NCBI GenBank assembly: GCA_018812625.1
Contig: JAHJDH010000001.1
Location: 19,967 to 83,966 of the forward strand
From: Candidatus Micrarchaeota archaeon
Lineage (GTDB): Archaea > Micrarchaeota > Micrarchaeia > Anstonellales > Bilamarchaeaceae
Direction: 5' to 3'
Length of the DNA: 64,000 nt
Position numbers and translations under genes: made by a program. How positions within the stretch are numbered: position 1 is the stretch's first letter; each line of letters starts with the position of its first letter. Below are positions 48,802 through 57,411 of this stretch, piece by piece. The notes beneath the pieces were generated by a model that was not told the origin of the DNA, made no database searches, and worked only from the letters and a program-made list of their open reading frames with translations.

Positions 48802-49965
48802 ATGATCGGACCATCAATCAAAAGCGAGCTAGTTTCATATCCAATCCGGGATATTGTTCAAGCAGCAAAAAAATATGAAAAACAAGGTACGGACATGATC
48901 TATTTGAATATCGGCGATCCTGCTCCTTATGGGTTCAGACCTCCACAACACATACTTGATGCAGCAGCAGATGCGCTCAAACAAAATTATTCTGGCTATG
49001 CTCCATCAGAAGGGGATCCGGAGCTTCTCGAAGCTGTTGCTGAATATGAAAAAGTTTCTCCCGAAGATGTGTTTATTACTGCAGGCCTTAGCGAAGGAAT
49101 CGACTTTTTGTTTCAGGCTCTTTTAGATCCTGGACGCAATTTTCTTCTTCCTGTCCCAACATATCCACTTTATCTGACCAAGGAAAGAATCAACTATGGA
49201 ACAGTTGATTTTTATGACTGCGACGAGGATATGGAACCTGACCTTGATAGTCTTAGGATGAATATCAATGAGTATACAAAAGCCCTTGTAGTTATCAATC
49301 CAAACAATCCAACCGGAGCAGTTTATTCAAGAAAAACGATTGAAGGAATAGTTGATATTGCTGGAGAGCATAACCTGCCGATTATTGCAGATGATGTTTA
49401 TGACCAGATGGTCTTTGATGGCGAGATTACTCAGGTAAAGAAAGTGTGCAAGGATGTTCCGGTTGTTTCCGGAAACAGTCTTTCCAAGAATTATATTTAT
49501 CCAGGTGCTCGTGCTGCATATCTCTCATTCTCTGGCGAAGGCTGGGATGAGATCAAAGATACTATACAAAGGTTATGCAATCAAAGGCTTTCTGTTAACT
49601 GGGAAATGCAGCGGGCATATATCGCAGCGCTCAAAGGTCCTCAGGATCATATCCAATCATTCAATTCAGAGCTCAAGAAAAGAAGAGATCTTATGGTGAA
49701 GCGGGTTGGTGAAATCGAAGGATTAAGTATCTCTCCTCCAAAAGGTGCATTCTATGCATTTATTGGCGTTGAGGGCCCTTGGAAAACTGATACTGAATTT
49801 GTATATGAGCTTCTAAAAACTGGAGTTGTTGTTGTTCCGGGCTCTGGCTTTATACCAAAGAAGACTGATAAAAAATACTTTAGGATGGTTCTTCTCCCCC
49901 AGCTCAACCAGATTGATGATGCATTTAATAGAATTGAAAAATTCATGAAAGAAGCATCACAATAA
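48802..49965 (+). CDS. Class I/II PLP aminotransferase (AlaA-like)
   Basis: SYPIRD, LNIGDP, INPNNPTG, DDVYD, SLSKNY..PG.R, GAFY. Confidence 0.93.
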   Translation: MIGPSIKSELVSYPIRDIVQAAKKYEKQGTDMIYLNIGDPAPYGFRPPQHILDAAADALKQNYSGYAPSEGDPELLEAVAEYEKVSPEDVFITAGLSEGIDFLFQALLDPGRNFLLPVPTYPLYLTKERINYGTVDFYDCDEDMEPDLDSLRMNINEYTKALVVINPNNPTGAVYSRKTIEGIVDIAGEHNLPIIADDVYDQMVFDGEITQVKKVCKDVPVVSGNSLSKNYIYPGARAAYLSFSGEGWDEIKDTIQRLCNQRLSVNWEMQRAYIAALKGPQDHIQSFNSELKKRRDLMVKRVGEIEGLSISPPKGAFYAFIGVEGPWKTDTEFVYELLKTGVVVVPGSGFIPKKTDKKYFRMVLLPQLNQIDDAFNRIEKFMKEASQ

Positions 49966-52512
49966 TTATTTTTTATTATCCTTTCTCTTTTGTTTTAATC
50001 TCTCTTTTAGAGAAAGTTTTGCTTTTGCCGTAGTTTTTTCAGTATTTTTAGTTTCTTTTTTTGTCTCTGGTTTTGATTTTGCTGCTGGAGGATGTGCTGG
50101 TTTTGTTGCAGCTCTAATTGAAGGTGGCGGAGCTGGCGGTGGATCATCATTATCTTCCTCCTCGACATCATCCAGTGCTTTTGAAGCTGGTGCTGATGAA
50201 ACATTGTTTTCTTTTATCATCTTCGGTTCATCTGGAATTTGCACTACTCCAAGCTTTCTTTTGCTTAGCTCTTCCTGGACTATCTGTTTGAATATTGGCT
50301 CCCATTTGTCCCAAGCATCACCAAAATCAATTCCGCCCTGTTCATTTTCCATTGCAACCAGATGTCTTGTTGCAGCAGTATTAACTTTCAGTACAAAATC
50401 AAGCTCTAACATCAGCTTATCATTTAGCTTTAGGCTTGTTTTGTAAATTTGATCATACATCTTTCCTTTCCAGAATGCCTGGATAATATACTGCTCTGGT
50501 GAAATTCCTGTTTCTTCACTTCTTCTGCCAAGTGCTGGTGGAATAAATGCTATATCAAGTTCTCTTTCCAGTTTTCTAATATCAACATTTTCAAAGTCTG
50601 TCATTGTTGCTTCAGGATTCCTTAGGAATTTTGCTTCCCATGTACACTCTTTGATACTATCCCCACGTCTGAATCTGAAGATTTCGACAAATTTCTTTTC
50701 TTCAATGTCTGTTTCATATTCAAAACCAAGAACTCTGTATATTCTTCCCTTCCTACCAAACCTGATTTTCTTTAGGAAACTGTATCTGTCTGTTGCATAC
50801 ATACTTGCTGCTGGAAGTCCGAAAACAAGTTCAAGTCTGTCCTGCACATCACGAAGTGATTCTGCATGGAGGTTATAGAGCAGGAAAACACCTGGCTGAG
50901 TGTTGAGGAGATTGATAATACCCTGTACAGCAATACGGGATCTAACTTCGTTAATAATAAGCGCAGCATCACCCATACGAAGAAGTGCATTTGCCATTGT
51001 AACAAGATCCAGTTCTTTGGTTGTTCCTGCTCCTTCTGACTCAGAACTTTGTACCCTTGCAGCACCAATATGGAATCCTCTTTTTCTAAATGCACGAACA
51101 GGAATTTCTTCGATATCCTGGATGGGGATAATTCTTCTTCTTGTACCGATAGAAGTTACCTTTGCAGCAGTAAATGAAGTTTTACCAACACCCTTAAGTC
51201 CCAGAACTGCTTCCGAACATCCAAGAGTTACCATAACATCATCATACCCAGCAAAGAACGGAGTAAATGATTTGAAATTCAAATATTGTGCGTATGTAAA
51301 TGGCTGTTCTTTCATGATTCTAAGAGCTCCCTGAAGCTCACCAAAAGTTGCTGGTGGCCTTTGCAAGTGGCATCTCATTGCATGTCTTTTCAAAACAACA
51401 TCTACAATTGGGCTGTTTTCGTCAAACTTTCTTGTTCCCTTAAGGGTTTGGACAATGTTTTTGAAACACCTCTCAAGAAGATCCCTATTGTATCTGTAGA
51501 GCGTGTGGCAAAGCCCGTATTTCGCATGTTCAATGTAAATTGGCGAGTTTTCACTGTCAATGTAAATATCAGTAATATTCTCCTTATCAAGTGCCAAATT
51601 TTCGATATGCGCTCCCATACCAACAACCCATGCAGCGCATTCTCTTCCCATTTCCATTGCCTGTTGAGGGGTGATTTTATTCCCCTCCATCATTGCACGA
51701 TCAATGAAAAACTGGCGGTATTCCCTTGTTTTGATGCTCATTAAAATATCCCAGTCTACGTTGCTGAACTGTTCCTTGAATTGTTCATTGATCGTTGTTT
51801 TCAGAAGATTATTTAGGTCACTTCCAAGATTTTCTATTGTGTTCTCTTGTACATAAAGATAAGCTTCTGCGTTTGGAACTTCATAGATTTGTACCTTTAC
51901 ACCAAATGGAAGATCATACCTTGCATCATCTGCCTTTACTGGTTTTGCGCCTGGGGGAATATCTAAAACCAAAGATGGAACAAAATAAAGTGTTCGAAGC
52001 CCGACCAAATTCAAAAATGCAGCTCTAAGGTCTCCTGTTTCTTTAACAAGGTCATATAGTGCAGTTGATTTGTATCTCTTCAGAATTCCTGCAACCCATC
52101 CTTTGAATGTTCTATATCCTGCAAAATAAATTGATCGCTCAGGTTCATCTTCCTGATAATCCGCAAGTTGGTTTGCTGCCAGAATGGGATTTAGAAAAAC
52201 GTATTCATAGAATCTTTTGAGCATTTTTTTCCTTCCAGGAGAAGCTGGATCCTGGTTCAATCCATAAATGTCATTTTTGAGAAGTATTGTTTCCAGTTGC
52301 CTGATAAAGGCAGCATATTGGGTCAATACTGAGGTTTTCTTCTCATTTAATTCGACTACAATCTCCTCCTCATAACGAATTGTTTTTATCGGAGATTCAG
52401 TTGTTGAAAGATCTTTAAGATGAAGATTCAAAAACTCTGGAGAAGCAAATTCATATGGGCACTTTGCCAGGTCGACAATGGCACGTGTCCCTTCGAGATA
52501 CAGGTTACACAT
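49966..52512 (-). CDS. Divergent type II/IV secretion ATPase (TadA/FlaI/VirB11 family)
   Basis: ITDIYID, Walker A GLKGVGKT, Asp box QDIEEI, Walker B IINEVR, His box LHAES; Pro/Lys-rich tail. Confidence 0.82.
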   Translation of the reverse strand: MCNLYLEGTRAIVDLAKCPYEFASPEFLNLHLKDLSTTESPIKTIRYEEEIVVELNEKKTSVLTQYAAFIRQLETILLKNDIYGLNQDPASPGRKKMLKRFYEYVFLNPILAANQLADYQEDEPERSIYFAGYRTFKGWVAGILKRYKSTALYDLVKETGDLRAAFLNLVGLRTLYFVPSLVLDIPPGAKPVKADDARYDLPFGVKVQIYEVPNAEAYLYVQENTIENLGSDLNNLLKTTINEQFKEQFSNVDWDILMSIKTREYRQFFIDRAMMEGNKITPQQAMEMGRECAAWVVGMGAHIENLALDKENITDIYIDSENSPIYIEHAKYGLCHTLYRYNRDLLERCFKNIVQTLKGTRKFDENSPIVDVVLKRHAMRCHLQRPPATFGELQGALRIMKEQPFTYAQYLNFKSFTPFFAGYDDVMVTLGCSEAVLGLKGVGKTSFTAAKVTSIGTRRRIIPIQDIEEIPVRAFRKRGFHIGAARVQSSESEGAGTTKELDLVTMANALLRMGDAALIINEVRSRIAVQGIINLLNTQPGVFLLYNLHAESLRDVQDRLELVFGLPAASMYATDRYSFLKKIRFGRKGRIYRVLGFEYETDIEEKKFVEIFRFRRGDSIKECTWEAKFLRNPEATMTDFENVDIRKLERELDIAFIPPALGRRSEETGISPEQYIIQAFWKGKMYDQIYKTSLKLNDKLMLELDFVLKVNTAATRHLVAMENEQGGIDFGDAWDKWEPIFKQIVQEELSKRKLGVVQIPDEPKMIKENNVSSAPASKALDDVEEEDNDDPPPAPPPSIRAATKPAHPPAAKSKPETKKETKNTEKTTAKAKLSLKERLKQKRKDNKK

Positions 52513-52537
52513 GAGATAATCTATCCAATTAGATTTT

Positions 52538-54166
52538 TTAATTATCCTCTTCTGCTTCTATTTCAGTCTCATCGATATTTATGGCAGATCTTCTTTGTCG
52601 TCTTCTTACTGGACTAAGTCTTATTGAAGCTGTAGCATCATCTGGCGAAATTGATATTCTTTCGTCTCTATATCCTCTTTTCCTAATAACTAGCCTGTGT
52701 TCTTTTCTCTCAAGCATCAGCTCAAGTGGATTTTCAGTGTTTCCTATTCTGTGGAATCTTCTGTTTTTCTCAATAAATACATCTGCGCCAGTTGGAGTTG
52801 TTTCAATTCTTGCCCTGAAATTTACTGATTGAACTGGCTGTTGTACTGGTTCTTGCCTATCTTCCACTCGTCTTTGAATTTGGTCTATGACAGGATCAAT
52901 TCTATGCTTTATTTCATCCCTATAATAATATCCAGCTCCAGCTATGGCAGCAAGTGCTCCTACTACTATGATCCTTTTGAGCCAACTACCTGCTTTTACT
53001 TGCGGGATCTCCTCGTCCCTTAATCCCCCTGTTTCTTTTCCAAGATCACTGACTATGGTTGCTGGTCTTTCTGGAACAACTCTTTCTGTTGGTATTTGTC
53101 TACTATCCGGTTTCTCTGGCGTCATTTTTGGCTCAGGATGAATTGATGGCCTGATTGTACTTTCTCTTGTATGAAGCAACAGAAGGTTCTCAAGCTGATC
53201 TGAAAATACTTCAGTATCTATGATGGCTGCCTTCAGCTCTTCTGCGCTTTGGAATCTGTCTCTTGGATTTTTTCTGATTGCCTTTAGAATAACTGCTTCA
53301 ATTCCAGGAGTGATATCTGCATCTGGCTTTATTTCACTGGGACGTTTTGGTGCGTCATTTTTGATACTCTCAATCAATTCAAGGAGATTCTCTCCCTTAA
53401 ATGGAACATCTCCAGTAAGAAGCTTATACATGATAATTCCAACTGAGTATAAGTCTGCTCTGTGATCATAAGCGTCTTTTTTTCCAAGTGTCTGCTCTGG
53501 TGCCATGTAGTTGATTGTTCCCATGATTGTTCCTGTTCGTGTAAGTTCATCACCATGCGTAGCCTCATCTGCACCATTTGTCAATCTTTTTGCAAGTCCA
53601 AAATCAAGTATCTTTACAACTCCTTCTTTTGTGATGAATATGTTCCCTGGTTTGAGGTCTCTGTGTATGATTCCTCTGGCATGTGCTGCTCCAAGTCCGT
53701 CGCAAAGCTGCACAAGATATGACTTTACCTCATTCCAGCTCAGTCCTCCTCCATTTGCCTTTAACTTCTCTGAAAGATCCTGCCCGTCAAGAAATTCTAT
53801 GATGCAAAATGGCTGTTCTTTGTATAATTCGTAGTCAAGAGTACGGATAACATTTGGATGTTTTATCCTTAGGTTTGATTTAATTTCTCTGAAAAAACGC
53901 GTTGCTGAATCGCCGTCAGTAATAGATGCGTTGCTTAGCTTTAGTGCGACTTTTTCTCCTTTTTCATCATATGCAAGATAAACACTGCCCATTCCTCCTT
54001 TTCCAAGGATATCAACTACTCTATAGCTTTTACGTGCTCCTCTTTCTGATCTTCCTCTTACTATAGTGCTAACTATTGGGTCCTGGCTCTGCTGAATTTG
54101 CTGGAAATTTCTCTGAGGCCTTCTCAGGTCCATTCCCCTATTTGCCCTGGACCGAAATCTTTGCAT
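52538..54166 (-). CDS. Hanks-type Ser/Thr protein kinase with TM helix and C-terminal PEGA-like domain
   Basis: LGKGGMGSVY, VALK, HRDLKPGN, DFGLAK, GTINYMAPEQ, DLYSVG; TM IIVVGALAAIAGAGYYY; IETTPTGADVFI..HRLVIRKRGY. Confidence 0.95.
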   Translation of the reverse strand: MQRFRSRANRGMDLRRPQRNFQQIQQSQDPIVSTIVRGRSERGARKSYRVVDILGKGGMGSVYLAYDEKGEKVALKLSNASITDGDSATRFFREIKSNLRIKHPNVIRTLDYELYKEQPFCIIEFLDGQDLSEKLKANGGGLSWNEVKSYLVQLCDGLGAAHARGIIHRDLKPGNIFITKEGVVKILDFGLAKRLTNGADEATHGDELTRTGTIMGTINYMAPEQTLGKKDAYDHRADLYSVGIIMYKLLTGDVPFKGENLLELIESIKNDAPKRPSEIKPDADITPGIEAVILKAIRKNPRDRFQSAEELKAAIIDTEVFSDQLENLLLLHTRESTIRPSIHPEPKMTPEKPDSRQIPTERVVPERPATIVSDLGKETGGLRDEEIPQVKAGSWLKRIIVVGALAAIAGAGYYYRDEIKHRIDPVIDQIQRRVEDRQEPVQQPVQSVNFRARIETTPTGADVFIEKNRRFHRIGNTENPLELMLERKEHRLVIRKRGYRDERISISPDDATASIRLSPVRRRQRRSAINIDETEIEAEEDN

Positions 54167-54197
54167 GTTGTACTTTATGTTTCATAGTATTTATAAG

Positions 54198-55889
54198 CTA
54201 TGCTGTTCCGTCGTGTTTGGTTTCGACGATCATTTCTACTATTGTGGCATATGCTGGTCTTGTAAGGAGATATCCAAGAAGCGCTCCAAGAATGGTTGAT
54301 TCTGCAAATCCAATGATCTCAACAAGTCCTGAGAAAAGAAGTGGAACCATTGCAAATATGGCCACTGTTGCATTTGTTTTGATTATTCCAAATGCAAGTT
54401 CTATTTTTTCAACTACTTTTCTATTATCTTTCTTTAGAATTTCATCTGTGATAACTATCTGAGCATCTACCCCAACACCCACAGCAGCAATGATACCTGC
54501 CATTGCAGCAAGGTCTATTGTGAATGAACCAAGAATGGATATAAGAATCACAAGCTCTGCAAGGCCAATTAACACGATTGGTGCTGTTACCTTTAGATTC
54601 TTGTATCTAAATCCAATAAGAACTGAAATTGCAACTAGTGATGCCGCAATTGCCATCATACTGAGCTTAAGGAACTCACTTCCCAGAGATGCCGGAACAG
54701 TGGTTCTAGATCCAAGAGAAATTTGTACTGGAAGAGAACCTCCTTTGAGGATTGATTCCATGCTCTTTACCCGCTCTTGAGCTTCAAGTGCGCGCTCTTG
54801 CGGGTTAGTTGCACTAACTCCCCCAGTTACTGTGTATGAGTAGCTTTGAATTCCATTTGTAATTCCGCTGTTTAAAAGGGGTGAACTTAGAAGTCCTACG
54901 GATTCAAGTCTTGCCAAAATAAGAACACCAGTTCGTGTTCTTGTAAAGTCTGCTGCCATCTCGGCATCATCATACTCAACAACCTCAAAGCCTAATCCTG
55001 TGAGATTTGCTTTTGCTGCTGTTGACATGTTCTTTGAAACAATTGCTTTTGTTTTATTGGATTTTGGTGTAAAGTTTGCTGGTATGTCCTCTATGATGTA
55101 TACATTGATATCATCATTCTCAAGTGCAAGTGCATCGTCCATTGATCTAAGTGATTCTTTTTCTCCAGAATCCGCAGATATGTATTTTTTGAAATCTTCT
55201 TTTTCATAGAATACTGCTGCATCTTGTGGCCTATCCAGGAACATATAAACAGGATAATCATTCTTTCCTTTTGCAGTTGTAGCAAACTGTGCTGCTCCCT
55301 CATTATCTACTGAAAATAAAACTCCCCATGCAGCTCCTCCGGAAAGCTGTTGTGGTGGTGCTGGTCTGATTGATTGCGAAAATATTTGCTCTCCATTAAT
55401 AGCTTCCTTTCCATCAACAATTGCCTGGAAAACTCCTTGTTTTGATAGAGTATCTTCAACCATTGCAATTGTAGCCTCATCATCACTTGGGAGCTCTACA
55501 TTTACCTGATTGTCACCTATTGCACGTACCTTTACCTGCGTTAGTCCAAAGACACTGACTCTCTTTTTTATGGTCTGAACAAGTTCATTCATTGTTGTCT
55601 GGTCCACAGATTCATCCAGTACAACTGGTATTCGTGTTCCTCCGCTAAAGTCAATGCCAAATGTTATCCCATGAATATAAATATTCAAAATCGCAAGTAT
55701 GACGAGAAGCACAAGCGCGCCTATTTTTATGTGGGATTCTTTCCACATAAGAGAAATTGACCCAAAGACAATAACTGCCAATATGATTGTGATTCCACTG
55801 ATTGTTGAACTGTTGAACGCTATTATTGCTAGGAATACTGCAAATAATGCGATAAGCGCAAGCATTCTTTTGTCATTGTACATGTCCAT
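54198..55889 (-). CDS. secD: Protein translocase subunit SecD
   Basis: GIDFSGG, LKGGSLPV, ASLG, DLAAMAGII..VGVGVDAQIVITDE. Confidence 0.93.
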   Translation of the reverse strand: MDMYNDKRMLALIALFAVFLAIIAFNSSTISGITIILAVIVFGSISLMWKESHIKIGALVLLVILAILNIYIHGITFGIDFSGGTRIPVVLDESVDQTTMNELVQTIKKRVSVFGLTQVKVRAIGDNQVNVELPSDDEATIAMVEDTLSKQGVFQAIVDGKEAINGEQIFSQSIRPAPPQQLSGGAAWGVLFSVDNEGAAQFATTAKGKNDYPVYMFLDRPQDAAVFYEKEDFKKYISADSGEKESLRSMDDALALENDDINVYIIEDIPANFTPKSNKTKAIVSKNMSTAAKANLTGLGFEVVEYDDAEMAADFTRTRTGVLILARLESVGLLSSPLLNSGITNGIQSYSYTVTGGVSATNPQERALEAQERVKSMESILKGGSLPVQISLGSRTTVPASLGSEFLKLSMMAIAASLVAISVLIGFRYKNLKVTAPIVLIGLAELVILISILGSFTIDLAAMAGIIAAVGVGVDAQIVITDEILKKDNRKVVEKIELAFGIIKTNATVAIFAMVPLLFSGLVEIIGFAESTILGALLGYLLTRPAYATIVEMIVETKHDGTA

Positions 55890-56968
55890 TAGTCATCCCT
55901 CTTCGTTGCATAGTGCAATACAAGAACCGCGTTGATTCCCCATGTTGCAAACATGTCTCCAACAAGCCCTGCGAGAGCCACTCCTGAAATCTCAAAATAG
56001 GTTGGTATGTGTGTCCACACTGATAATATGAATAACGAAGTAAAAGCAATAATCCCAGTAACGCTCATGGTCAATCCTGTTTTCATTGCATCAAATGCAT
56101 TTTCTCTTGGATCTCCCTTTCTTTTTAGAATTCTTGTTGTAAGTAAAATATCTGTATCAAGTGAATAACCTATAAGCATAAGCAGTGCAGCAAATGAAGC
56201 TAGTGTGAGTGGAATTCCAAAGAGTCCCATTGCTCCAAGTGCAATTATAATATCTGCAAGTGCCCCTGTCAAAACAGCGATGCTAGGCGGTATTGATCTA
56301 AAGAACATGAACACCAAAATAACACTCAAAATTGCTGAAAAAATTATTGTATCAACAACCGTTCCAATGAATTTTTCAGATAGAACCGGACTTACTGTTT
56401 GGACTGACATTGAGTTATAGCTTACATGTTTTTCTATTGGTTTTGAGATTGACTTTTGATAATTTGAGTAGACTGTTGAGTATGCTGTTGAAAATTCGCG
56501 CTCAAGATCATTGGTGCTGTTTGTAGCAACCTTTCCCATACCTGCCATCATGAACAGTTCATTTGCAACCTCATCAATCTCAGTCTTTTTCTCTTTGAAT
56601 TCTGAAATGTATGCGCTGTCCTGGTAAGATAAAATTTCTAGTTGCGAAACTTCTGGAATTTTATCATTAAATTCTGCTTTGAGTTCTTCTGCCCGAACAA
56701 GATTATCGCTTTGTGGAACTTCGATCTCAGCAATATATCCAATAGAAGTTTCATATGAATTGACTGTTGCCTCAAGTCCTTCTTCTTGCAGTTGCGCCTG
56801 AAGCCCTTCAGAATCTATTGCATTCTCAAGAGTAAGTGTCACAAGTGTTCCGCCCTGGAAGTCGACCCCCATCTTTATCGATGGAATGAAAAAGAGCGAT
56901 ATTGCCATTAAAATCAGAGGCGCTATAGAAAGCAATCTATAGTCCCCCTTGTATATATTAGGAAGCAT
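55889..56968 (-). CDS. secF: Protein translocase subunit SecF
   Basis: GVDFQGG, AALLMLIGYSLDTDILLT, GDMFATWGIN; start set at ATG 56968. Confidence 0.93.
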   Translation of the reverse strand: MLPNIYKGDYRLLSIAPLILMAISLFFIPSIKMGVDFQGGTLVTLTLENAIDSEGLQAQLQEEGLEATVNSYETSIGYIAEIEVPQSDNLVRAEELKAEFNDKIPEVSQLEILSYQDSAYISEFKEKKTEIDEVANELFMMAGMGKVATNSTNDLEREFSTAYSTVYSNYQKSISKPIEKHVSYNSMSVQTVSPVLSEKFIGTVVDTIIFSAILSVILVFMFFRSIPPSIAVLTGALADIIIALGAMGLFGIPLTLASFAALLMLIGYSLDTDILLTTRILKRKGDPRENAFDAMKTGLTMSVTGIIAFTSLFILSVWTHIPTYFEISGVALAGLVGDMFATWGINAVLVLHYATKRDD

Positions 56969-57034
56969 AGAATCATCAGTTTGAATCAAAAGTGCTACAA
57001 AATCAATATAAACCAATTCCCTTCTTGGGAAATA

Positions 57035-57279
57035 TGGACTTGGGGGGATCTGCGGCTATTTTATCAAATTTATAGCTGTCGCACCCCCGGCCTCTCCGAT
57101 TTCCTAAATTTTTTGGACATTTCCAAAAAGTTTTTGCGAACGGAGCGCTCTACTATTGCTCGAACTTTTCATTACAAAGTTTTTGATGACCGATAAAACG
57201 ATGTTTCGTTTTATGGTCCATTGAACACAAGCGTTCAATCGGAAACTTTTTTCTAAAAAGTTCACTGAGCTACAAGCCC
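57035..57279 (-). tRNA. tRNA-Ala(CGC) with three introns (15/16, 37/38, 59/60)
   Basis: Exons 57279-57265, 57155-57135, 57099-57078 and 57048-57035 join to a 72-nt cloverleaf with G3:U70; each intron has BHB-type geometry. Confidence 0.92.
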
Positions 57280-57361
57280 ACCATTATTGTTCCTTTGAGA
57301 AATATTGAAAAACCCTGCAGTTTAATTTTAATACAGTTGTAGGCACAAAAACACACAACGG

Positions 57362-57369
57362 TTTATAAA
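57362..57369 (+). promoter_or_regulatory. TATA box upstream of the 1650-aa gene
   Basis: TTTATAAA about 45 nt before the start; SD AGGTGAT before TTG 57412. Confidence 0.5.
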
Positions 57370-57411
57370 CACTACTTACACAAGTATATATGTATAGAAA
57401 CAGGTGATTCA

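Noticed and set aside
56981..57196. Track ORF of 71 aa
   Set aside because: Antisense to the intron-containing tRNA-Ala
57156..57264. Nested intron within the 109-nt D-loop intron
   Set aside because: Internal hairpins (TTGAAC/GTTCAA, ATAAAACGA/TCGTTTTAT) lack 3-nt bulge and 4-bp helix geometry
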